Shown here: in pieces, positions 1 through 9,802 of the stretch
How the letters are laid out: the number at the start of each line of letters is the position of its first letter
Position numbering within the stretch: the stretch's first letter is position 1
Origin: Paenarthrobacter sp.
GTDB lineage: Bacteria; Actinomycetota; Actinomycetes; Actinomycetales; Micrococcaceae
Assembly (NCBI GenBank): GCA_031179305.1
Contig: JAPSHX010000006.1
Coordinates: 36,914-100,913 of the forward strand
DNA length: 64,000 bases
Direction: 5' to 3'
Translations under genes and position numbers: made by a program
Notes under the pieces: model-generated
What the model was told of the DNA's origin: nothing
Seen by the model: the letters and a program-made list of their open reading frames with translations, nothing else
The model's database searches: none

Positions 1-213
1 GGCCAAAATGAAGAGAATGATGGACTTCAGGACGGTCATATCCCCAGTATTCCGTGCTGCGACGCCAAGTTATCCACATACGCAACCTGACCGGTTCTGG
101 CCGACGTTCCCGCCGAATAGCTTTGAGTGCAGGAGATGCACTAAGATATTGAAGTCTGTGTTACGCCCTCTTGCCGTGTTTTCGGTCGGGGAGCGCCAAC
201 GCAGCATCGCAAA

Positions 214-268
214 TGAACCTCCTGTTACGGAAATACCGTAACCGCTTAGCCCAAAGGAGGTGGGTTCA
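214..268 (+). promoter_or_regulatory. S6:S18 ribosomal protein leader (autoregulatory RNA)
   Basis: ACCTCCT (217-223) can pair with the SD AGGAGGT (255-261). Inner stem TTACGG/CCGTAA is followed by an unpaired CCG, directly 5' of rpsF. Confidence 0.75.
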
Positions 269-271
269 CAT

Positions 272-577
272 ATGCGTCCTTACGAATTGATGGTAATCAT
301 CGACCCCGAGGTCGAAGAGCGTACCGTAGAGTCGTCGCTTCAGAAGTTCCTCAATGTCATCACCACCGATGGTGGAACCATCGAAAAGGTAGACATCTGG
401 GGCCGTCGCCGTCTGGCGTACGACATCAAGAAGAAGTCCGAAGGTATCTACGCCGTGGTGAACTTCACCGCAGCACCGGCTACCGCCAAGGAACTTGATC
501 GCCAGCTGTCTCTCAACGAGACGATCATGCGCACCAAGATCATCCGCCCTGAAGACCAGAAGGTCGTTGCTGAGTAA
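272..577 (+). CDS. rpsF: 30S ribosomal protein S6
   Basis: [12 protein letters not shown]...[12 protein letters not shown]; AGGAGG SD; first gene of the rpsF-ssb-rpsR-rplI operon. Confidence 0.98.
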   Translation: MRPYELMVIIDPEVEERTVESSLQKFLNVITTDGGTIEKVDIWGRRRLAYDIKKKSEGIYAVVNFTAAPATAKELDRQLSLNETIMRTKIIRPEDQKVVAE

Positions 578-627
578 TCAGCCCCTTCCAGATCTTTACC
601 CCGAAGGAACGAACAAGGAGGCAGTAG

Positions 628-1209
628 ATGGCAGGCGAAACCACTATTACGGTCATCGGTAATCTCACCAATGACCCCGAGCTGCGGTTTACCCCGTCTG
701 GCTCAGCAGTAGCGAACTTCACCATCGCTTCTACTCCCCGGACCTTTGACCGCCAGTCCAATGAGTGGAAGGACGGGGAAACCCTGTTCCTCCGTGCATC
801 GGTATGGCGCGAAGCAGCCGAGAACGTAGCAGAGTCCCTCACCAAGGGCATGCGCGTCATCGTTTCCGGCCGTTTGAAGAGCCGTTCTTACGAAACAAAA
901 GAAGGCGAGAAGCGCACCGTAATCGAGCTTGAGGTCGATGAAATCGGCCCGAGCCTGCGTTACGCAAACGCCAAGGTCAACCGTACCCAGCGCTCCGGCG
1001 GCGGGCAGGGTGGCTTCGGTGGCGGTAACGCCGGTAATTCCGGTGGCTTCGGAGGTGGCGCTCCTGGTGGAAACCAAGGCGGCGGCAACTCCGGTGGAAC
1101 CTGGGGCGGCAACCAGCCCGCACAACAGCAGGATGACCCTTGGGCGACGCCCGGTGTCAGCAACGCTGGCGGCTGGGGCAACGGCCCGGATTCCGAACCT
1201 CCCTTCTAA
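628..1209 (+). CDS. ssb: single-stranded DNA-binding protein
   Basis: OB-fold start ([15 protein letters not shown]), Gly-rich linker, acidic tail DSEPPF. Confidence 0.98.
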   Translation: MAGETTITVIGNLTNDPELRFTPSGSAVANFTIASTPRTFDRQSNEWKDGETLFLRASVWREAAENVAESLTKGMRVIVSGRLKSRSYETKEGEKRTVIELEVDEIGPSLRYANAKVNRTQRSGGGQGGFGGGNAGNSGGFGGGAPGGNQGGGNSGGTWGGNQPAQQQDDPWATPGVSNAGGWGNGPDSEPPF

Positions 1210-1337
1210 ACACCAAATAAACGTCCGACGCCGGACGCTCGCCGGAAGTGCCGAAAGGCACCATGGCGACAACCGCCGTCGAACACCACCATCCCGTGGA
1301 TCAATATCCACGGGCTCCATAGAAAAGGAGCTCCACG

Positions 1338-1577
1338 ATGGCTAAGGCTGAACTCCGTAAGCCCAAACCAAAGTCCAACCCCTTGAAGGCCGCTGACATC
1401 ACTGTCATCGACTACAAGGACGTAGCATTGCTGCGCAAGTTCATCTCCGACCGCGGAAAGATCCGCGCTCGTCGCGTCACTGGCGTTACCGTTCAGGAAC
1501 AGCGCAAGATCGCCCAGGCAATCAAGAACGCCCGCGAAGTTGCTCTGCTGCCTTACTCCGGCGCTGGCCGCGGCTAA
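1338..1577 (+). CDS. rpsR: 30S ribosomal protein S18 (Cys-free type)
   Basis: [26 protein letters not shown] motif. Confidence 0.98.
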   Translation: MAKAELRKPKPKSNPLKAADITVIDYKDVALLRKFISDRGKIRARRVTGVTVQEQRKIAQAIKNAREVALLPYSGAGRG

Positions 1578-1595
1578 GGGAAGGGATTAACTAAC

Positions 1596-2048
1596 ATGGC
1601 AAAGCTCATTCTGACCCACGAAGTAACCGGTCTCGGTGCTGCTGGCGATGTCGTCGAGGTCAAGGACGGTTACGCACGTAACTTCCTGCTGCCCCGCGGC
1701 TTCGCTCTGACCTGGAGCAAGGGTGGCGAGAAGCAGGTTGAGTCCATCAAGGCTGCTCGTGCCGCTCGTGCGCACGCTTCTGTTGAAGCTGCACAGGCAC
1801 AGGCCCAGGCTCTGTCCTCCAAGAAGGTCAAGCTCGAGGTGAAGGCCGGCGAGTCCGGTCGTCTCTTCGGTACCGTCAAGCCTGCTGATGTCGCCGCTGC
1901 TGTTGAGGCCGCTGGCCTCGGCGCCATCGACAAGCGCAACGTTGAACTGCCGAACCACATCAAGTCTGTTGGTTCGTACACGGCTAACGTTCGCCTGCAC
2001 GAGGATGTTTCTGCTGTCATCGACCTCGAGGTCGTAGCCAGCAAGTAG
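1596..2048 (+). CDS. rplI: 50S ribosomal protein L9
   Basis: [19 protein letters not shown] and GRLFG motifs. Confidence 0.98.
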   Translation: MAKLILTHEVTGLGAAGDVVEVKDGYARNFLLPRGFALTWSKGGEKQVESIKAARAARAHASVEAAQAQAQALSSKKVKLEVKAGESGRLFGTVKPADVAAAVEAAGLGAIDKRNVELPNHIKSVGSYTANVRLHEDVSAVIDLEVVASK

Positions 2049-2063
2049 TCTCTGACTGCACCT

Positions 2064-2104
2064 AAAGGCCCCCGCTACCGGATTCCGGTGGCGGGGGTCT
2101 TTTA
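2064..2104. terminator. intrinsic terminator, probably bidirectional
   Basis: AAAGGCCCCCGCTACCGG-ATT-CCGGTGGCGGGGGTCTTTT between convergent genes. Confidence 0.85.
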
Positions 2105-2125
2105 TTGCCATCTCGACGCCGTGAT

Positions 2126-2548
2126 TTACGGAGTGTGGAGCTCTTCCATGACGTGCTTGTAGCCGGTGCGGATCATTTCGGCCAGGACGTCCCGGTCCAC
2201 ATCGTCCAGCTTGTTGACGTAGAGGCAGGCGGCCCCGGTCTTGTGTATCCCGAGTTCGGGAAGCAGGCGGTCGGCATCTGGGCCGTAGGTGAGCCCGTAC
2301 AGTGCCAAATTTCCCTTGCGCGGTGAGAATCCGACGGCGGCTGAGTCACCTTCGCGCCCGGTCTCGTATTTGTAGTGATAGCTGCCGAAGCCAATGATCG
2401 ACGGCCCCCACATGACGGGTTCCTGGCCGGTAATGTCACGCATCATCTCCAGCAACTCGAAGCCGTCCTCGCGCCGCTTCGGGTGCTCCACTGCGGCCAG
2501 GAATTCTTCCACGGAGACGTCCGTAGGCTGTGTCTTGTTCTCTGCCAT
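2126..2548 (-). CDS. DUF1801 (YdhG-like) domain protein
   Basis: MAENKTQPT...MWGPSIIGFGSYHYKY...GFSPRK; start reassigned to the internal ATG. Confidence 0.85.
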   Translation of the reverse strand: MAENKTQPTDVSVEEFLAAVEHPKRREDGFELLEMMRDITGQEPVMWGPSIIGFGSYHYKYETGREGDSAAVGFSPRKGNLALYGLTYGPDADRLLPELGIHKTGAACLYVNKLDDVDRDVLAEMIRTGYKHVMEELHTP

Positions 2549-2620
2549 AGGGGTAGTTTCGCAGACGCGGGAAGGCTGCGTCAGCAAAAACCGGCCAGCA
2601 CCCGATGATAGCCTTCACCG

Positions 2621-3472
2621 GTGAGTTCAGAAGCCCTGCGCATTCGCCCGTTCCACCAGGTGGACGTCTTCTCTGACGTGCCTTACCTCGGCAACCCATT
2701 GGCCGTCGTCGTTGATGCCGAAGGCCTCAGCACGGAGACGATGCAGCACTTCGCTAACTGGACCAATCTCTCCGAGACCACGTTCCTCCTCCCGCCCACT
2801 GACCCCCAAGCGGACTATAAGGTGCGGATTTTCACAGGCAGCGAGGAGTTCCCGTTCGCCGGTCACCCCACGCTCGGATCAGCGCACACGTGGTTGCAGG
2901 CCGGGGGAGTGCCTAAGACTGACGGCGTTCTGGTCCAGGAATGCGGGGCGGGTTTGGTGAGGGTAAAGCACGACGCCGGTCGCTTGGCATTCGCTGCACC
3001 ACCGCTGACCCGCTTCGGCCCGGTGGATGATGATGTTCGGGCGCAGCTCGCTGCCGGCCTGCGGTTGACCAAGGATGCTTTGCTGGATGCATCGTGGCTG
3101 GTCAACGGACCTAGGTGGATCGGCGTGCTTCTGGGCTCTGCGGACCAGGTCCTGACCATTGAACCGGATCTTGTTGCCATGGGCGACCTCAAGGTCGGGG
3201 TGATTGGCCCCCACGAGCCGGGTGCCGCCGTCGACTTTGAAGTCCGCACCTTCATTCCGGGCGACGCCATGGTGGAGGACCCGGTGACGGGCAGTTTCAA
3301 TGCCGGGGCAGCTCAGTGGTTGATTGGCAGCGGCCGTGCCCCTGATGAGTACGTAGCCGCTCAAGGTACTGTCCTAGGCAGGGCTGGCAGGGTCCACATC
3401 AAAGCTGAAGACGGAGAGATTTGGGTTGGTGGAGCGTCGGCCACCTGCATCGAAGGTACGGTGCTCCTCTAA
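2621..3472 (+). CDS. PhzF family isomerase/epimerase
   Basis: QVDVFS..GNPLAVV, NLSETTF, FAGHPTLG and EDPVTGS motifs. Confidence 0.92.
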   Translation: MSSEALRIRPFHQVDVFSDVPYLGNPLAVVVDAEGLSTETMQHFANWTNLSETTFLLPPTDPQADYKVRIFTGSEEFPFAGHPTLGSAHTWLQAGGVPKTDGVLVQECGAGLVRVKHDAGRLAFAAPPLTRFGPVDDDVRAQLAAGLRLTKDALLDASWLVNGPRWIGVLLGSADQVLTIEPDLVAMGDLKVGVIGPHEPGAAVDFEVRTFIPGDAMVEDPVTGSFNAGAAQWLIGSGRAPDEYVAAQGTVLGRAGRVHIKAEDGEIWVGGASATCIEGTVLL

Positions 3473-3520
3473 CGTCCAGCCGGTTCCCCGGATAGATCTG
3501 GATCCTCAACCCTAAGGACA

Positions 3521-3877
3521 ATGACGATGCCTGAGAAACCCGCGACAGTGGACGAGTACATCTCAGCCCAGCCTGCGGCCACCCAGCAGATCCTTGAGGA
3601 AATACGGCGGACCATGCACGCTGCCGTGCCGGATGCCGGGGAGATGATTAGTTACGGCATTCCCACCATCACCATTGGCGGGCACTACGTGGTGTATTTC
3701 GCTGCCTGGGCGCACCACATCTCCGTCTATCCGGTCCCTCGTGGTGATGAAGGTTTAGCCGTGGAGCTGGCCCCCTACCTGTCCGGCAAAGGGACGTTGA
3801 AATTCCCGCTGGCCAAAGAAATTCCCTTGGATCTGATAGCCAGGGTTGCTGCCCAACTGGCAGCAGGGAAGAGATAA
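3521..3877 (+). CDS. DUF1801 / iron chaperone-like protein
   Basis: TVDEYI...ISYGIPT...HISVYP...GKGTLKFPL. Confidence 0.85.
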   Translation: MTMPEKPATVDEYISAQPAATQQILEEIRRTMHAAVPDAGEMISYGIPTITIGGHYVVYFAAWAHHISVYPVPRGDEGLAVELAPYLSGKGTLKFPLAKEIPLDLIARVAAQLAAGKR

Positions 3878-4037
3878 AGGTCCCCGACTTCTCCGTTGAG
3901 GGCTATCGTGACAAACTCAAGGAGCTGGACAAACAAATGAGAGCTTGCCGCCCCTTCATCGCTCGCTCCACCCGGCACCTGATTGACGCCCTGCGCATTG
4001 GGTAGAAGTTAAGCGGGCGCACCTAGGAGGAGCACGT

Positions 4038-4937
4038 ATGGATTCTGCACGGACCTTTGAGTCGATTGTCATCATCTTCAATCCCAACAGCACAGGGGAC
4101 GCGCCTGAGCTGGCGCAGCAACTGCACGACAGGCTCAAGGAGCTGCTCACATATCAGCCGGAAATAGTACTCCAGCCCACTGAGCACGCCGGGCATGCCG
4201 TGGACCTGGCGCGGGAAGCAGCCTCGAAGGGCGGTGACGTCCTGGTGGTCTCGGTGAGTGGCGATGGTGGCTACAACGAGGTGGTTAACGGTGTGATGCA
4301 GGCCGGGAACCCACGGGCCGTCTGCGCGGTCAGGGCCGCCGGCAACGCGAACGACCATAGCCGGATCATCGCGACTAAATCTTTGGAAGAGGCCATCGCC
4401 GAGGGGCATGTCCACAACATTGACCTTCTCCGCATTCACACAGGCCAAAAAGAGAATGAGCCCCTTGAATACGCGCATTCCTATATCGGATTTGGCCTCA
4501 CCCCCGTGGTTGCCACTGAACTCGAAAAGGGCAGCAAAGGTGCTCTTAAGGAAATGGTCGCTGTTATCCAGACCTTCTCCAAATTCGAGCCCTTTGGCAT
4601 CCGCTTGGCTGATGGGAAGCGCCGAAAGTTCGACAGTCTTGTCTTCGCCAACATCAATGAAATGGCCAAGTACGCCACGTTGAGCGAAGCAGAGGACCAC
4701 CCCTCGGATGGGAAATTCGAGGTGATCGTCTTCCCGCACATGCCCAAATGGCGCACTGTCCTCACTGCGCTAAAGGCCACCACCCAGGGCCTGGGCGATC
4801 AGCCGAGTGTGAGTAGCTACGAATTCACCACGCTCAAGCCGCTGCCGTACCAAATGGACGGCGAAGTGAAGTCCGTAGGGGCCAACGTCAAGGTCAAAGT
4901 GGAGTGCGCTCCCCGCGCCCTGGCCACCCTCGGCTAG
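4038..4937 (+). CDS. diacylglycerol/lipid kinase family protein
   Basis: NPNS, SGDGGYNEVVNG, GNAND and QMDGE motifs. Confidence 0.9.
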   Translation: MDSARTFESIVIIFNPNSTGDAPELAQQLHDRLKELLTYQPEIVLQPTEHAGHAVDLAREAASKGGDVLVVSVSGDGGYNEVVNGVMQAGNPRAVCAVRAAGNANDHSRIIATKSLEEAIAEGHVHNIDLLRIHTGQKENEPLEYAHSYIGFGLTPVVATELEKGSKGALKEMVAVIQTFSKFEPFGIRLADGKRRKFDSLVFANINEMAKYATLSEAEDHPSDGKFEVIVFPHMPKWRTVLTALKATTQGLGDQPSVSSYEFTTLKPLPYQMDGEVKSVGANVKVKVECAPRALATLG

Positions 4938-4941
4938 GCCC

Positions 4942-5832
4942 TTAGCCTGCGCAGGCGTCCGTGATGAAGTCGTAGATCCGGCTGCGCAGGTCGTTCGGCG
5001 CTGCAACCTTCAGTACTCCCTTTCTTTCACCAATGGCGACCCTCAGTGGCAAGAGGGTACCCACTTTGTCTTCTGCAACAGCATGCGGATCACAACGGGC
5101 CGGGCGGATGGTCAATGGGATTTCTTGCCTGTCCGCGCGCACGGCGACATTCCTGGGCCAGGGGGCAGCGGGAGGTTGGGCCAGTAACGTGGTTTCATCG
5201 ATCGATGCAATAGTGAGGCTTTGCCTTGTCCCTCCCGGCGTGGCTGGCGTGATGACAAGGCGTACGACGGCGGTGCGACCGTCAGCGGCCAGTTCAAGTC
5301 CCGGGTCCAAGACGATTGTTGCCACGGCGGCTGCTTCCGCTGCGATGCATAGCTCGTAGGCGTTCCTTTCCAGGACGCCGAATGGATCGGATGCGCTCGT
5401 GCTCACCATCACAGGGTCCTTGCCAGGCGTCGAGTGGGTGACATCGGCCTTGAGTTCCGTTGACTCGTCCGCGGACGTATTGCACGTTGCCGCGGGCAAC
5501 ACAGCAGGAACGCTCTTGGGCTGACGGGGTGGTAGTTCAAGGCTGCCCGCCGACGGCTCCCAGGAGATGTCTCCTTCAAATAGGGGAGAGTGCAGCCGTG
5601 CGCCGGTCACTGTCACGGGTGAATCCGTGGTGTTTGTGAGCTGTATTTGGATGGCTTGCTTGCCGTATTGATCCCGTGATTGATTGACCTCCACGGTGAT
5701 GGGTCCGGACATTTCGCTGGGTGTCGGCGATCCGGTATTGCCGGAGCCGCCCGAGTTACATCCGGCCACAAGCGGCATGGCCATGGCGAGAGCGGAACTC
5801 ACCGCAAAAGAACGCCACCGCCAGCTCATCAT
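4942..5832 (-). CDS. putative lipoprotein
   Basis: Signal peptide with lipobox LVAGC; C-terminal RCDPHAVAEDK motif. Confidence 0.7.
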   Translation of the reverse strand: MMSWRWRSFAVSSALAMAMPLVAGCNSGGSGNTGSPTPSEMSGPITVEVNQSRDQYGKQAIQIQLTNTTDSPVTVTGARLHSPLFEGDISWEPSAGSLELPPRQPKSVPAVLPAATCNTSADESTELKADVTHSTPGKDPVMVSTSASDPFGVLERNAYELCIAAEAAAVATIVLDPGLELAADGRTAVVRLVITPATPGGTRQSLTIASIDETTLLAQPPAAPWPRNVAVRADRQEIPLTIRPARCDPHAVAEDKVGTLLPLRVAIGERKGVLKVAAPNDLRSRIYDFITDACAG

Positions 5833-5956
5833 GCGATCAGTGTAGGTCGAACGTCAACAACCCCGAGTCGGATAGCAAGAGCTGAGTCGTTCAGCCCGGT
5901 ACGATGTCCCCACCTAGACCGGAATTCCATGAATTAGAAGACGAAAGGCGATGTTG

Positions 5957-6250
5957 ATGTCATTCCAGGCTTATCTCGACGCAATTGAAGACAAAACCGG
6001 ACTCACCCCGCGACAACTGGTTGAAATTGCGGAAACCAAGGGATTCAACGACCCCTCGGTTAAGGCCGGGGTGATTCTTGAATGGCTTAAAGCCGATTAC
6101 GATCTTGGCCGTGGCCACGGAATGGCGCTGGTGCACGTCATTAAAAAGGGGCCGAAGATCGACAACAAGCACGTTGGTTCGGACGGGACCCACGGAGACG
6201 ATTCGGACACGCTCTGGCTGGATGGGAAGGCCAGCAAGCCAACTCCCTGA
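5957..6250 (+). CDS. DUF4287 domain protein
   Basis: MSFQAYLDAIEDKTG...WLKADYDLGRGHGMAL. Confidence 0.85.
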   Translation: MSFQAYLDAIEDKTGLTPRQLVEIAETKGFNDPSVKAGVILEWLKADYDLGRGHGMALVHVIKKGPKIDNKHVGSDGTHGDDSDTLWLDGKASKPTP

Positions 6251-6329
6251 AACATGGTGGCGAGCCTACAGTAAGCATGCTTAGCTTGGTGTCAGGCCAT
6301 TTCCTGATGTGTATGCAGAGAGGAACACC

Positions 6330-6779
6330 ATGTCTACCGTGACGCAGCTGTTCAAGTCCCCTGCCGCCGACATCTGGAAGGTCATTGAAGATGGTTGGCT
6401 CTATTCCGGCTGGGTTGTGGGTGCCTCAAGAATCCGTGCCGTGGACGAGCAGTGGCCACACGTGGGGGCAAAGTTGCACCATTCAGTAGGCTCCTGGCCT
6501 TTCCTTATTGATGACAGCACCCGGGTGACAAGCATGGAACCCGGCCAAAAGTTGGAGCTGCTCGCAAGAGGGTGGCCCTTGGGTGAGGCAAAGGTGCTGA
6601 TCACCCTTGAGGATCTGGGAGGCTCTCAATGCCGTGTCTCCATCGCTGAGGATGCGGTGCGGGGGCCAGGAAAAGTGGTGCCCAAGGCCTTGCGGGATCC
6701 CCTGATTTCCGTACGAAACCGCGAGACCCTCAGGCGCCTGGGGCTCATGGCTGCGGGCGGGGCTGGCCGGAAGAACTAA
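6330..6779 (+). CDS. SRPBCC / polyketide cyclase family protein
   Basis: DGWLYSGWVVGASRIRAVD...WP; GAGAGG SD before ATG 6330. Confidence 0.85.
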   Translation: MSTVTQLFKSPAADIWKVIEDGWLYSGWVVGASRIRAVDEQWPHVGAKLHHSVGSWPFLIDDSTRVTSMEPGQKLELLARGWPLGEAKVLITLEDLGGSQCRVSIAEDAVRGPGKVVPKALRDPLISVRNRETLRRLGLMAAGGAGRKN

Positions 6780-6817
6780 AGGCAGGGCAGTAGTTACCAG
6801 GAAATGGTTTCCCGTGG

Positions 6818-7813
6818 TCAGTTACCTCCAGCGGAGGCTGGCTGACTACCGGAAGGCTGATTTGCGCCAGGAATGGCCCAGTCAAAGGCTTCAGCTTTGG
6901 AACGGGCTCCCTGGGCTGCCTTGGAACGGTTGGGCTCACCCAGTTCCGCCAACAGCTTTTCCGAAAGGACAACCAGTTCCCGGAAAACATCCGAAGTCAG
7001 CCACTCGGGACGTGTCGCAAAGAGGATGTCTTCGCTGGAGGTGTTGCCGCTGGCACCGGGCGCGAACGGGCATCCGCCCAGACCGCCCAGGGCGCCGTCC
7101 ACCATCGCGGCGCCGGCCTGGATGGCGGCCAGTGTGTTCGCTACACCCAAACCCCAGGTGTCGTGGCCGTGGTACACGATCCGACGCGCTGGGGACTCAT
7201 CCCGCACCCGGGTGATCAGCCGAGATACCTGCGCCGGTACGGCTTGCCCCAGGGTGTCACAGATGACGATGTCCGTGGTGCCCTCCGCCCGGGGATCGTT
7301 GGCGATGGAGAGGATGCGCTCCTCCGGAACGTAACCCTCAAACGGGCACGTGAAGGAGGTGGCTATGCACAGCTGGATCTGGCCGTTCACTGCGCGGGTG
7401 TACTCAACGGCCAGGGGCAAAGCGGCCAAGCTCTCGTCAGTGGTGCGCCCGATGTTCGCCTTGTTGTGCGTATCCGAGGCAGACAAGCAGTACTGGAAGT
7501 TCCTCGCACCTGCGGCTGACGCTTTGACAACGTGACCAGGTGTTGCCACCCAAATCCAGCATTTTTCCAGTTCCTCAGGGGTGAGGGCCTGGACCACTTC
7601 CAATGTGTTGGCCATGGTGGGGACCAAGTCTGCGCGGGCCATGGAACCTAGCTCGATCGCGGGCACTCCCAGTCGCAGCAGTTCCCGCACGGTCTCGATC
7701 TTCTGCTCTGCGGGTAGGAGCTTGCCGGTGAGCTGGAGCCCATCGCGCAGCGTGACGTCCCGCAAGAGAACGTTGCCCAGCGTTGAGGAAAGGGGGCTTT
7801 CAAAGTGGTTCAT
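6818..7813 (-). CDS. hydroxymethylglutaryl-CoA lyase-like enzyme (DRE-TIM)
   Basis: DVTLRDGLQ, HGHDTWG, GGLGGCPFAPGASGN. Confidence 0.9.
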   Translation of the reverse strand: MNHFESPLSSTLGNVLLRDVTLRDGLQLTGKLLPAEQKIETVRELLRLGVPAIELGSMARADLVPTMANTLEVVQALTPEELEKCWIWVATPGHVVKASAAGARNFQYCLSASDTHNKANIGRTTDESLAALPLAVEYTRAVNGQIQLCIATSFTCPFEGYVPEERILSIANDPRAEGTTDIVICDTLGQAVPAQVSRLITRVRDESPARRIVYHGHDTWGLGVANTLAAIQAGAAMVDGALGGLGGCPFAPGASGNTSSEDILFATRPEWLTSDVFRELVVLSEKLLAELGEPNRSKAAQGARSKAEAFDWAIPGANQPSGSQPASAGGN

Positions 7814-9060
7814 GGTCGGAGCGCCTCCTCGCAGCCGGAAGCCGCCTTGATCTGTTCGGCGTCCATGTTCAGGAGTCCGCCAAGGATTTCCTGCGTGTTT
7901 TCGCCCAGGTCCGGGCCCAGGTTCCGAATGGGCAATGACTGGTCCCCGATCACCGGGACAATGCCCGGGAACCCGACGCCTGGAAGGATTTCCTCGCCCG
8001 TGGACACATCGAACTTTTGGATCATGTTGCGGGCGGCGTACTGGCTGTCCGTGCTGATATCAGCAGCAGTGTAAATGGGGCCGGCAGGAACGCCTGCGGC
8101 TTCGAGGGCCGTAAGGGCCTGGGCAGCCGAAAGCGTCGCTGCCCACTCGCCTATGGCCTGATCCAGTTCTTCGCGTTTCTCCCAGCGCCCGGCGTTTGTT
8201 TGCAGGGAAGGATCCTCTGCGAGGTCCGGGCGGCCGATAGTCTGCATGTATCGCTGGTAAATCGAGTCACCGTTGCCGGCCACCACAATGCTCGCGCCGT
8301 CCTTGCACACGTAGGCGTTGGAAGGAGCAATGCCCTCCATGCGGCCACCAACACGTTGCCGGTCCACGCCATACGCCTGGTAGTCCGGGATCAGCGATTC
8401 CATCATTGAGAACATTGCCTCGTTCAGTGCGACGTCGATGATGCGCTCGGTGAGCGGAACGGCGCCAGCCGAGTCCCGGCGTCGTGCTTCACGCTGGAAC
8501 AGGCTCATCATGGAGCCGAAGGCGGCGTACAGGCCCGCGATGGAATCTCCGATGGAGACGCCAACCCGCACCGGGGCCCGGTCCGGGTCGCCCACCAGGT
8601 TGCGGAACCCTCCGTAAGCTTCTGCGACGGCGGCGAAACCTGGTCGCTCGGACAGCGGCCCGGTCTGCCCGAAGGCAGAGATGCGGGTGACGATCAGGTC
8701 CGGATTGGCTTCGTTGAGGACCTCCGGGGCCAAGCCCCACTTTTCCAAGGTGCCGGGACGGAAGTTCTCCAGCAGGATGTCGCACTTGGCAACGAGCTCC
8801 AGCACTGCCTGCTTGCCTGCCTCTGTGCGCAGATCCAGGACCACGGACTTCTTGTTGCGGTTCAGCGTGCGGTACAACATTGACGTGTTGCCCTTGTGCA
8901 GGCGCCAGTTGCGTAGTTCGTCGCCGGTCCCGGGCCGCTCTACTTTGATGACTTCAGCTCCGAAATCGGCGAGTAGCCTGCCGGCCGTCGGCGCGGCGAT
9001 GTAGTTACCGAGTTCCAGGACCCGGACGCCAGCCAGAGGGGCGATTGATTGGTGTGTCAT
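7810..9060 (-). CDS. CaiB/BaiF family III CoA-transferase
   Basis: PLAGVRVLEL, LADFGAEVIKVE, NRNKKS, ENFRPG; ATGA overlap with the lyase. Confidence 0.93.
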   Translation of the reverse strand: MTHQSIAPLAGVRVLELGNYIAAPTAGRLLADFGAEVIKVERPGTGDELRNWRLHKGNTSMLYRTLNRNKKSVVLDLRTEAGKQAVLELVAKCDILLENFRPGTLEKWGLAPEVLNEANPDLIVTRISAFGQTGPLSERPGFAAVAEAYGGFRNLVGDPDRAPVRVGVSIGDSIAGLYAAFGSMMSLFQREARRRDSAGAVPLTERIIDVALNEAMFSMMESLIPDYQAYGVDRQRVGGRMEGIAPSNAYVCKDGASIVVAGNGDSIYQRYMQTIGRPDLAEDPSLQTNAGRWEKREELDQAIGEWAATLSAAQALTALEAAGVPAGPIYTAADISTDSQYAARNMIQKFDVSTGEEILPGVGFPGIVPVIGDQSLPIRNLGPDLGENTQEILGGLLNMDAEQIKAASGCEEALRP

Positions 9061-9174
9061 GGTCTTCTTTCGTGCGTGGTCGGCAGGCGGTTGGCGGGGC
9101 TGGTCAGTACAGCAGGCTCATGGCAGGATCAGGGGGACCATGAAGAGCGATGAGGGAGGCCAAATCGTTAACCC

Positions 9175-9198
9175 CATTATGAGCGTGAACTCATAATG
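9175..9198. promoter_or_regulatory. palindromic operator candidate
   Basis: Perfect inverted repeat CATTATGAG-N6-CTCATAATG in a divergent intergenic region. Confidence 0.5.
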
Positions 9199-9227
9199 CA
9201 GTCCTTTCGCGAAACCAGGATAGGAAC

Positions 9228-9740
9228 ATGATCTTCGCGATCCGACCCGCCAGCCAAGCTGACGTACCTGGCATCATCGCCGTGGACATGGCGGCCGTGC
9301 GGACTTCGCAGGCCCTCGCTGAGAGATTCGCCGCGAGCCTTAGCGCCGCCGTCGCGGACCACGTGCGTCTCGTCGTCGTCGCAGAAGCGCAAGATGACGC
9401 GAATGTGGGCGGAGGGGCCGGCGTCGTGGGTTGGGCGAAAACCCATCACTGGGACTATGACGACGGCCCTGCGTTGGCCGGTCACTACTTGGGTGGTGTC
9501 ACCGTGCGGCCGGATTTCCGGCGCCTTGGAGTAGCTGCGGAACTGACGGCCGCCCGTATGGCGTGGATTTGGGAGCGGGCTGACCGCGCGTGGTTTGTGG
9601 TCAACGTGCAGAACGAGGCGTCGCTGGCTTTGCACCGGAAGTGGGGATTTCGTGAGGTGGCCCGGGGGCCCCGATTTCATACGGTAACGTTCGACGGCGG
9701 CGAAGGGGTCCTGCTGCAGGCGGCGCGGCCGCTGTCCTGA
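9228..9740 (+). CDS. GNAT family N-acetyltransferase
   Basis: VTVRPDFRRLGVA and NEASLALHRKWGF motifs. Confidence 0.88.
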   Translation: MIFAIRPASQADVPGIIAVDMAAVRTSQALAERFAASLSAAVADHVRLVVVAEAQDDANVGGGAGVVGWAKTHHWDYDDGPALAGHYLGGVTVRPDFRRLGVAAELTAARMAWIWERADRAWFVVNVQNEASLALHRKWGFREVARGPRFHTVTFDGGEGVLLQAARPLS

Positions 9741-9802
9741 CCCTCGGGGACGCCCGTCAGCCTTAGCATGGTCTTCAGATGCGCCGACCGGGGGAGAGTG
9801 TG

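Noticed and set aside
990-1200. GGC/GGT-rich low-complexity repeat
   Set aside because: It encodes the normal Gly-rich linker of SSB.
1338-1577. Zinc-starvation paralogue of S18
   Set aside because: It is Cys-free but sits in the core rpsF-ssb-rpsR-rplI operon with no evident Zur context, so it is treated as the housekeeping copy.
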